A DNA stretch of 64,000 bases from Botryllus schlosseri (lineage: Eukaryota): positions 4,464,001 through 4,528,000 of the forward strand of contig CM119383.1 in NCBI GenBank assembly GCA_051294905.1, written 5' to 3'. Below, in pieces: positions 49,201-61,200 of this stretch. Positions within the stretch are counted from its first letter, which is position 1, and every line of letters starts with the position of its first letter. The notes beneath the pieces are model-generated. The model was given only the letters and a program-made list of their open reading frames with translations. It searched no databases and was not told the DNA's origin. The translations under genes and the position numbers were made by a program.

Positions 49201-52200
49201 GCCGACAGCGGTCGTAATTTTTCGTAGTTTGCTGATATTCCTCACTTTCAGAACCTCCTAACTGGTGGGGCGGAGTTCAGGGCATATTCAGAGTGGCAGA
49301 CGAAGACGGGAAGCCGTCGGTCACGAGGGACTCGATCAAGGTTTGCTGGGACCCGCCATCCACCGACGGTGGATCTCCTGTCACCGGATACTATTTGGAA
49401 TGGTAACTATGCTCCATTTATCAGTGGAATGTTGTATTTGGCGATAACAGTTTGTAGCCGAATTTCAAACCGTTTGACAACGAAAAGACAGTCATGCTAG
49501 GTATGTAATTCAATTATCGCTGTCAAATGAATTCAAGTTGAAAGGGATGTAATAAAGTGACTTGGAAGAATTCAAAGATTCGAGAATCATGACCCGTCAC
49601 GAATCGTTTCATCAAATATTCGACTAGGATTCGAACCCGCCCCTTAGCATTCTGCTGCGTACACATGTTCAAATCTGGCGTTAATGATGAAATGGTAATG
49701 ATGTAATATCGCGATTAATAGTGGGGTGCTGCCGAGGTCTCACCTAGTGAGAGCACTCTAATATGTTTTGCCTACTACCACTTCTTACTTACTCAAGTAC
49801 TTAACATTTTAGACTACTTCTAATTAACAATTTCCATATTTTAGGCAAAACAAGGTCTAAATCAGAGGTTCCCAACGTAGGCGATTTGGCGGTCTAGGGG
49901 GGCGAAGATGACCAAGGGGGTGATAGGAGGGCGAAAATGGACAAAGGGGGCGAAAATACCGAAGGGGGCGATAGGAGGGCGATGGCGCGTTAAAACGGCT
50001 TAATTGGAGCCAATTCGGAGAAATGACCATTTTTTAGTCAACCCACGAAAATTTAGCTGCAAAATTGTAAAAGTTCGACATTTTTTTTAGTCAACCAACC
50101 GGTAATTACAGTTTGTATGCTCGTTGCTCGGTTCACAAAATTTCTGGGCGATGATCGGTGTGGAGCTCGGAAAGGGGGCGTTGAGCCGAAAAAGGTTGGG
50201 AACCACTGGTCTAAATGGATACTTGTACTTGTGTTTGAGTAAAAATCTACGACATTACTTTTCCTTCAGCGACAACGGTGGCTACTTTTCCATCTCTCCT
50301 CATAATAACTAGTTCAGTACCAACGATGACTATTTTGACCATGTCTATGTATTTCGACAGTACTTTTGCCAGTATCGCATAAGTCTATGAATCCTTGCAT
50401 TCAACTGTAGTCGCCCGGCCGGCGGGAAGTTCAAGCCGGTGAACAACAAGCCACTTAATCAGCGACACTTTACCGTGGACGGCCTCGAGTCGGAGGTAGA
50501 GTATGAATTCAGGATCCGGGCTTGCAACATCGTCGGCAGCGGGGATTGGAAGGTGCTGCCGAAAAGGGTGATGGCCAAAGATCCGGGTTAGTATTATATA
50601 CTCGTGCTTCTATAGGGCTTAGTTATCATGAAGTGGCGGTAACGAAGTGCATCTGCTTTTTCGGAATGGTCAGGTACGCTTCGCTTACTTACACTTACTC
50701 GAGTGGTTTTGTTACTAGACTGTTTCCACTTTCGCTTAGACAGTTTTTAAATCAAAACTAAAATTTTATAATTTGGATTTTAAACCCAAAGTTGCTTTGT
50801 GATAAGTATGCGTTACATTTATGAGGGAAATTGTCATCAAATCTTGTCATATAGGCAGTGTGTTGCGGTAACCGAATGTATTTTGGAAGGTTGCATAAAT
50901 GCATACCTATTTGTAGTGCTAGTTGGTGCTATTTGCGTAGCCGCTGACTACCCCTTAATCAAGTTTGCTTATCTAAACTGGAATGTGGTTGATATTGATG
51001 CTCGGTTGAAATCTTGAGCCTTTGGAATTTTCACAGAGCCACCCAACCCTCCGACTGACGTGCTGCTGACTGAGCTTCATGACGAGTATGTGTGTTTGAG
51101 ATGGAAATCCCCGAAATTCAAGGGAGACGCAGATATGGTGGGGTATATCGTGGAAAGGTACGAATTCCCATTTCGAATAATATTCGGCGGCATTTGTCTC
51201 GGAATGTTATCCGTACGATGTGATTACATCTCTGCAGATTGTATTGAAATTGCGACCTGCTAAGAACCTGCCGAGGTTTTTCATATTTGCACTGTACTCA
51301 CTTACTTACTTAGACTACCCTCACTTCCACCTGACAGTTAGTTAAGAAGTCTAGAATACTGACCTGCGCCGATGGAAGCGCATCGCCAAACATTTTTGGC
51401 AGCAATATATTCATGATATAATACATCTCACAGATGTAAGGAGGGTAGCGACATCTGGATACCGTGCAACAAATTACCCGAAGACGCGCAACACTGCAAG
51501 TACAAAGTAGACGGTCTGATCACCGGTAACGGGCTATAGTTTATCGCTGGCAAAAATCGCATTGGTTGACCATGGATGTTTTGTTGAAGGACAAACGTAT
51601 TTCTTTCGCGTGAGAGCAGTAAACCGCGTCGGAGAAGGCGAGCCGTCTTCTTCGTCATGTTTCGCGACGCCTGGCGAGGATTGGGGTATGGTTAGAATTT
51701 GCTGGAAATATGATTGTTTAATATTTGGTTATGACTTTATCGCAGCGAGTGTGGAGGAACGCCAGAACGCTATGTTGGATAGCAAGAGGAGAAAATTGGA
51801 TGCGGAGCTAGCCATTAAAAGAGCGTTGGAGGAGCAGGAGAGACGCGAAGGTTCCATATCGCTGGTTTATTTAGTTGTGCCAAGTGTTTATCTTTTCCTC
51901 ATTTGGGCTTAACAGCATTCCTGGATGGCATCGTGGACTGCGCAGTGGATCTGGGTGGTAGGGCTTATTTCGAAGCTGTAGTGAAGGACCCCACTACAGA
52001 TGTGAAATGGTGTCTGGGTAACGATAAAGAGGTGAGAATTATGACAGTAATCGCGCGGCCCGGAGCTTCGGCAGAGGCAGTTTTGAAGTTTAATTTATAG
52101 ACACCCGGTAGCCACACGTTTAGTTCACAACTTTTGTCGGTTGAATGTCGGCAAAATTCTAATTTTACGGTGAACTTTCAAGAATCAACATTAGCCGAGG

Positions 52201-55200
52201 ATGTAATTATAAGACATATATGCAATTTGAAGAGCTTGTTGGAGGTACAGAACTTCAATACACAATTGAATAGTATATTCATATTGAAATAAACCCGAAT
52301 ATTTTCGGATGGCACTCGTCAGGGGTAATCGTTAGTAACTAGTAGAGAATTGGAAATATATGCAATTCGAAAACAAATATTAGAAATTTCAATTAAATCA
52401 GATTGAATGCTCTGCTAAGTCCAAAGTAGACCATATACCACGGCACGGTACGGGAAGACAAGGTTCAAAAGCTCTAAATAATGATGTTTTACTTCTCAAA
52501 TTAATGGAAAAGCGCCCCACTTTTTATATTTTGCAATTGAAGTCGTTACCTGTAAAATACCGACAGGAAAGTTGACATGGTATCGGGCCACTTTAGTAAA
52601 ACTTTAGTTTCACACTAAAATATGCGCGTCATTCATGACTTGAAGTTTCAGCACCCTGATAACATTGTTCTGCGACCCTGACATACTATACTACCTTTAG
52701 ATTGATCTTCAACCGGTTAGCAAATACGACATTGTTCACGTTGGAAATAAGAGATCGCTGATCATAACGAACTGCCAATATGAAGATATTCAACTGGTAC
52801 ACTGCATCGCTCTGTACAACGACTGTACAACGTCGGCATGTTGCATTGTGGACGGAGGTACCTATACATCTGATTGACCCTTGAGAATATGGTTACGCAG
52901 CTGAGTTGTTTATTTTCGTTGAGTGGGCAAAATGCGAGATGGAATTTGCGACTCCACGTTGTACAGAGGTGGTTATTGTGGTCAGGGTTTGGTACTCCAG
53001 TAGTAGACGTAGATTTCTACTCAATTATAGGTAAGAGTCGCGTTTTCTAGTACGTGCTGAAATTACTTCAAGGGGATGTAGAAAATGAAAGGCCCGAAAA
53101 GTTCCCGAATATTTAGTTCAAAGAAGTGGGTCGAGGGGTTGCATATAGTTTCAGCAGTTGAATCTTTGCAAATAGATTCAGTTACCCCGATAGAGGAGTT
53201 AATTCATGCGGTTCTTATGACTATTTCAGTGATGATAGTGATAATATTTCGAAACAGTTTTCTTGTTTTAAAAATCCAAATTGTATAAAGTAATTAGTGT
53301 TTCCTAAAAACAGTCCAAGTAGAAGGGGAAGTAGTGTAGAAACATAAGCCCTTGAGTAAATAGTGCAAGCACACAAAACCTTGAGTATTCCGACAAAGTA
53401 GAAGACTTTCGTTACTGAAAACGCCTGATATTATCTTCGTGTGTAATTGAACCATTTTGACTTTATGTATTTTTATTTCTTCACCTTAGTTGTGCCGGTG
53501 GTGTTCGTGGAGCGAGCAGACGATATTTACGTCGATTCCGGAGCGACTGTCGTTTTTCAGTATACTCTCGAAAAAGAAGACGCCAAGGTTAGCTTGTAGT
53601 TCTTTCCATATGACATGAATTCGCGAAACGGTGGTGAGGTGTATTACCAATAAAGTTACGCCACGAACTCACGTAATGTTGACATAAAATGTATTGTGCA
53701 CCCACACCATGATGACAATATAAACTCTTCGACGTTCATCCGAGTTGTTGCGGTCATGGGAGGAATGAAAAGAGCTGTTGCCAAAAATTTGGGCGCTCAA
53801 ACACTGTCGAATAGGTCCAAACTACTGGCTGGGGGGGGGGGGCATAATGATATCGCCTAAACGTACTAAACTACAAGACGCACACGGTTTGAAATAGGCA
53901 ATTCTTCATTGGGCAAATAATCTCGGTGTCTGCTGACGTTTAGAAGTGTTTTGCGGCGCCAATGCGGCGGTGATAAACCGATGTCTGTATTGTTTGTGAA
54001 AGTCGGCCGTCATCATGGAGCGTGTTCAAACCGACTAAGTATAGTTTCTCGTGTCCGTCTCTCAGTGATTCCTATGCTCCACAGGTGACTTGGTATAAAA
54101 ACGGCGTGGAAATCGACGCGGACGACTCTCGATTCGAAATAGTCGCGGAGGGGGGCAAGCGGTCGCTTGCTGTCAAAGACTCCACTGTCGCAGATTCGGC
54201 GGTGTACACGATCAGCGGTTACGGTGGCAGCGACAAATCCCATTTAGTTGTGGACGGAGGTTTGTAGCCACTAGGTTTGCGCACCAAGATTCGAGTGCTC
54301 TAATCCGAAGCTGGTATATAGCAGTGCTTGGATTACTCGAGTCACGATTTTTAGTGACTCTACTTGACTAGAGTAATTTTTTCAAATGCGTAAAATCACT
54401 CGACTCAACTCGACTCGAGTCAATTTGTGCGTTGACTCAACTTGTACTCGAGTCATTGTGCATGACTCGAACCAAGTCATATGACTGGAGACTGAGGACA
54501 ACCAAGATAGACATTTCGTTGCAACTCCTAAAAATAGTAAAGTCTCCACATCATTGGTATTTCGTCTATCAGGCCTGATACTTGGAAAATAGGGCCTGAA
54601 ACTGTTAAGACTGAGGAAAATTACCATATTATGAATGCAAGCCATTCTATATCACCCGAGTAGAGTTAAAAAAGTGGGTTGAACCGGATGGAACTGAAAA
54701 ACTGAACAGTGACCATGATGACTTGGAATCGGACTTGAGCCAAACCGCTACGACTCGGACTAGACCCTCTACTAGCTGACTTGGACTTGGACTTGACTCG
54801 GTTGTGAATTCAAAATGACTAGACTTGACTCGAGTCTAAACTATAAAAGTGACTCGGAACCTTGTGACCTGGTTACAACCCTGGTATAAACTGCAATTAT
54901 TCCAGTCCAGTATAGGATAGTATAACAGGCCTATATAGTGACATTTTTTCGGGTAATACGTCGCCATCATCAGGTGCTCATTGCCACGAGAATGATATTA
55001 TCAATTAACAACATAGTTTCGGCACTTTTATTTCCCCAGCGGAATCCTTGAAACCTCTGTTGGTCCTATCGCGACATCCCAAAGATATAGTAAACAGCTA
55101 CAACCACAATCTTACGTTATTGGAAATGAAATTTCTGATCTATACCGACAGCATTGACCCTCACAAAGTTTAATGAAATAGGCATGGTTGAAATAATACT

Positions 55201-58200
55201 ATTTATCTTTCCGTAGAGTAGAACTGGCTTTATATTCTTTGTGTTCACATGAAGGTACGTATTTGAACAGTTCACATCATTCATACTCTCGACTCGACTC
55301 TGAGCCTACTACACTGGAATCACTCTGGTACTCGATATTCCGCATTAGTCACAGTAAAGAACTCTTATAAATTACATCATGCATAACTCCTATCAACGGT
55401 TTCAGTTCGTCCCGCCTATTTCTCGAACTCGATACACGGAGGGGAGTACGCCCACGACGAGGGCGTGGCTGAAATTGAATGCTCCGTCGTTCCTTCGGAT
55501 CTGTACGGGGACGGGGAACAGCCCGAATGTATTTGGTAGGATTTGTGGTGTTCTTTCGGAAAAATAATGTCGCGTTCGAATGGAAGTTCTGACTTGGCGG
55601 GTACGTGAATTGAGCCGCGCCAAACCTTTTTAGAATGGTGACTATGAAAGGGCTGCCACGTTCGTGAGACTGTTCAAGTCAATAGGCTATCAGGCCTAAA
55701 GCTCTCTATATAGTGCTGCAAGCCAACGACTGCTCCATTTGAACGCTTTTTCTCAATTGTCGCCAATCTACTTAGACAGTTGTAACCAAAAATTATTGGA
55801 AATTACTAAAATTTTACCTTTTTGTGCAAATGAAAGATTTTTTACAAGTGAAAAATGTAAATTTTCAATTTTCTGGTCAAACTTATTCATTTTTATTCAA
55901 GGAACACTCGGTCTACTGACAATCCATCGTTGGGTATAAGCATTTTACTTTAATACACTATACTATTGCTTATATCTGTTCTATTTGCCGCGGATTGAAA
56001 TCAAAACAATTAGCTTTTAACTTGTTATTAAATATAGTAAACCCGATGATAAGCCTTGGCTTAAGCTTGTGTCATAGTATCGAGCGGCGATTTATTTGTT
56101 CAAGACTACCGTGCATTACAAGCGTCATCACTACAAATCTTGTAGGTTTAATCTAAGAAATAGTAAGTTGCGTTATTTTCTATTAGGTCGTTCGTACCTG
56201 TATAAGTGTACTATGTATATGTTCGTTCTCGTTGTGAGCAATTTGTCCGCATGTCGTGACGCGCACAAGCGTTGTATAAACGATTTTCAGGTATCACAAC
56301 GGAGACCGACTGGAAGCGGGAGACGAGAAATACGAGATAATTATCGAAGGAAACCGAAGAGTTCTGAAGGTGATGAAATGATATTAAGGTTTGCAGGGTA
56401 CGGTAAAATGACAGATTATCACCAGCAGAAACTATTGTTATAGCGCTCGGTTTGTTGCACTTCCGATAAGGGTACCGCACGCTTTTTGTCAGGCTGTAAC
56501 GTTAGTCTTTTTTTGAAGATCTTGAATTTGAATCACGAAGACAGCGGCGAAATCGTATGCAGATGTGGCGGGGACGAGAAGAGATGCGAGATCGAAGTTG
56601 AAAGTAAGTGGCGCCTGAAATTAGCGACCTCTGTTATCGTCATTGCGCAACATAGGATCTCAAAAGTGAATTATTAGTTCCTCGTATACCACGATTTACG
56701 TTACTGCAATATTGACTGTATTACTCGACTCGAATCAGGTTTAAGTACTCAAAACATTCCGCCCAGATCATACTATAATTATCACCATTCATCACTAATT
56801 GATATCTAAGATACGCGTGAACCCAAATCACATGTCGTAATTCAAGCCATCTGCAGCGCGCCTTATCTCTTGCAGGACCTCCGCCACCTCCCCCGAAGCT
56901 ACCGGAGTTGCACCAGGAAGATGCCGGTGAGGATCTTTACCGGTTGTTACATATATTCTCTCAACTTTATCAACTATTTGTAACTTAATGACATTACAGG
57001 AATATATTCCTGTGTTAAGTACGAGTTTGGTAAATTGTTCTGGCACAGAGATGAAGTTTATTAAACTTACTATGCGACAAAGTATAACTGAAATTCAAGT
57101 AGCAGTAGCGTAAATTTATTCTCAAGTGCAAGTATAGAAGTTCCGATTTTACAGTAATTAAGATATATGTATTTTAGGTTTAGAACTCAGAGCTGAAGTA
57201 GAATTAGTCTAAAATCATACTCAGACGAAGTAGCCCAAGCAGAGGCAAAACCTATTTCAGTACTGCGGCAAAGTTGATGTAGGCCCTACACTTCGTCACT
57301 GACGAGACGACCTCTGTGAAATACACGGTAAGTAGTTGAACACGAGAACGCAACACCCAACATCTTAAATAGACAGAGTACGTACCGACTGCTCTGTATA
57401 AGGCGAGCGAGTATAATCAACCGAAAACAACAAAGTAACGATGGAAACTAAAAATAACGACGCAGTACACTTACTGACAATATATTGGCAGCGATCAACT
57501 TCGTGCAAGGTCTGCGGTCGGAAGCGCTCACCGGCAGCATGCGCTTGTACTGCGTGTTGGAGAAGTTACGCGAGGACGTGAAGATCATTTGGTACAAGGA
57601 CGACGTCGAGCTTGACGTGAACGGGAAAGAGTGGAAGGTAAGACGACGCGTTGTTTGCCGCCTTTTGGGTAAAAGTCAAGTTGTACCCGCGGATTTTCAA
57701 TGTTGCAATTATCCGTTTGCGGACGAATATATTAATAACAAAGCTGGTCAACGCAGTCAGCGTTGGTACTCGGGTAGAAACAGAAGTCACGCCGTGAATT
57801 TATACTTTATTCCAAGTGTAGAAGTAGCAATTCAAAGATGTGTCCAAGGAACTCCAAGTGGAGGTTGGAAATAAAATCTGTACTCAATTATGTTTGGTCG
57901 ACGGGTCGCATCTTTAGCAGTTAATCGGAGGTGGCCAATTACGAAATTGCAGGGTGCGCCTTCTCGGCGACCTGAAGATGACAAATCACAGTAATACAAA
58001 TAGGTGCGATTTCCGAAATAAAGTCAGTTACCGTGATACACCGGCTATTTGGCCAGTTGTCATGTCAATTACACTGATATAAGTGGTGTTAGCATTACGG
58101 CTGTTAAAAAATGACATTTTTATTCAAATTGTCCTGGCTACTTGATGAAATTGTTAGGTGTTGGTGCAATTCTAACCGATAGAGGCATTGCTGCATTGTG

Positions 58201-61200
58201 TCTATTTATTTAAAATAGATATCAAAATTTCACTGGCTTCCCCATGAAATTGTTATCTTATCCGAAAATAAGGTTGAAAATCATATTTGGCTCAAGTCCA
58301 ACCCGTACAAGCAAAGTTATTGGAGTACAAAATTTTGTATTTGGAAAAAATAGTATTTACTGTGGCAAATTCTTTAATTATTTATTATAAGTAGGGCAAG
58401 TTTTTGTTGCACTAAAATCGCGAGAAAGTTGCACTAATAATTTTTGTTGAATTAGTAGGGTATGAGACGATCTAAAGGTTCTGTTATATAACCCAGTTCC
58501 TGCAGAGCTGTCATATTTGTTACTTTGCCATTTCACGAACATCCTGGCCAGACCGCCAAAATGATATTTTCCCCGGTTCGCAGCAAGAAAATTACGAAAT
58601 GTTGGAATAATTTCCGCCAAAAAATCCAAACAGCATAGCGATAACCCTCTCCCCCTGAAACAAGTCAAATAACTCACGCCAAACCCCTAAGGTCTGCAAA
58701 CTTAACCCAAGGCGTTGCGGGAAAATTCATTCTTGACGACATTAACAAAATCAATAACCTGAATAAGGTGACCCAGTGAAAATGTAATTTTCGGTAGTCT
58801 CGCCTGGGCCTTCGTGAAATCGGAAACTATCTCAAATTCAAATGGGAAACTATCTCAAATTCAAACGACAGAATTAACAAAGTAATATATTTACGTAATG
58901 TTCGGACACGGTCGTACTTGGAACGGGTAGTTGAAGTTCTTGCTTGCTAGGCATTTGGTCACAGATAACAGATGCACCTAATCCATCATATAGCTCTTTG
59001 TTATGCAAATCAAAGAGAATAGAACCATTATAGAAATAGTTCATAGCATGTTTTTAAATCACTTCTTTACGTTTTGACGCAATATTTGATAAAAGTTGCA
59101 GTAAAAATTGGTATGAAAAATGGAGAAAAGTTGATCATCAATAACTTTGTTTCTACTGGTTCGAATCGAATCAAATTTGTTGTGCATCATTTTTTCACAC
59201 AATCCAACATTTTAATGGGGTAGCCAGTAAAATTTGAAAACATTTCATGTTTATTTTTATTAAATAAATCCAAAACTTTTTCTCGTATACCATTGCCACT
59301 GTAAGTTGGAATTGATCCAAGACTCGTGTGCAGCGTTTTTTTAGGTTACCTAACAATCTTATCAAGTAGCCGGTAATATTTATAAAAGAAAGGTATTTTT
59401 GAACAGCCCCAGTAAACATATCAGGAAACTAAGTTTCTACTTTACAAAATCACATTAGTAAGTATTCGGTATTCGGTAGAGGTGAAAGTAATCTAAAACG
59501 TAACCACTACTTTGGTAAGCGGTACAAGTAAGCGAAACCTAATTGAGTACTCGGAAAAAGTACTTCGTTACTGACCACATCTGCGTAGCAACATCCGTGT
59601 GCTTTTTGTGTTGCAGTGTCTGATAGATCGCGAGAGTGGTCTCGTGTCTCTACTCTTTCGGGAACCTACTGCGGAGATGGCGGCCGCGACCTACACTTGC
59701 GAGTTCATCACGAGTCATTCCATCTTTGACACGAAAGTCAACTTCACTTTTGCCGCCGGCGGTAAGTTGAGCTATCAAGTGTTAGTGCTGATTGGCGCGC
59801 AGTTCCGGTCTTTCGTACTCTGCATATAATACTGATTACTAGTCTGCTCACGAGATAACTGTATAACCTTATCTGACATCTACTTCTACGCCAGTTCATT
59901 TTCATCGCATGCCCTTTTCATCTTATCTTCTAATACTCTTCCTTCTAGGGTTGCATTTTAAACAAAAATCAATTTCAAACAAACATGTTTAAAACAAGGC
60001 CCTCGTTTGAAACATGTTTTTTTAAACCATGACGTCAGGAATGTTCAATTGTGACGTCATAAAGGATTGACATTGACAATTGAAAATATGGGGTAAATAT
60101 AGCTCCTTTGACGAAATATCTGTACTGTTGCTATAGAACCGAGTATTTTGAGGGTTCCAACCATCCCATATCGATAAACTTCGGCTATATCGGGTGGTAA
60201 TTGTCCGTAGGCTCATACAACATGTTTTTGGAAAGTATTTACATAATTATGTCATTATTTTACAACTTGAAAAAAAACACAATTTTTGAAGGTATTTGTT
60301 TAAAAAGGCCGTTTGTTATAAATACAACCCTACTTCTTTCAGAGTTCAGACTATACATGCCTCTTATTTATAAATATGAATACATGATCTAACTAAGCCA
60401 ACGTGAGAGATTGATTGAGAGACTGCTCCAAGTCGTTTGGTCTCCTTCCAACATTTTCGTTATATCATAATCTAGTGGTGTTTTGAAATGATAAAATTAA
60501 TAATGAACTGAACTAATCGGTATCATCGCGAGATACGTAAAATTTCTCTCGGCCTTCGTTCGGATTCGATCGATTAAAACTTCGTGACCATCCGGTAGAT
60601 GTCACTGATGAGTAACAATGCAACACTGCTCAAAAGCGAATTCAATCCCGACTAATCAAGGTTTTGATGGAGTATTTCGTTGATGACTTTGCGCTTTCAA
60701 TCGATTTTAGGAACTCATTATCTACAACTTCCATCTTCCAATATTTCCCATAATGCATGTTCTTTTTGTACGCGGGGTGCTGTCGGGTTTATTCGCTCCA
60801 ATCCGTGTCGATTATCAGTTACAATTATTCGAGTCGACTTTTTCAGGTAACGAAAATAGATGCTTTCACTCCAAGCGTAATAGTTTTATTTTGCCCTGCC
60901 ATCATTGAAATATCGCGATTGTCGGGTCAAACTTACTCAGTAATATACTGGTGATTCGATGAGCACGCAGACGTAACTATTTCCATACTTTTCCGACGGC
61001 AGAATTCGAGAAAGTTTCCAAGGAGGCGGAGAAGCTGCAAGAACAGGAGGACAAGGAAAGGCGAGAGCGTCTGGAGGACAGAAGGCGGAAGAGGGCGGAG
61101 TTGAGAAAAAAGAGGGAAGAAGAAGAGAAGAGGAAACGCAAAACGACACCGGTATATAAATATGATTTTCAAAATCGGCTTTACGCGTACATCTCACTTT

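Noticed and set aside
51587-56518. AAG splice acceptors at 51589 and 56518
   Set aside because: AAG acceptors are uncommon but canonical AG sites, and both keep the frame; not a non-canonical splicing system.
60604-60640. CTGATGAG as a possible additional hammerhead
   Set aside because: No correctly placed GAAA or helices I and III.
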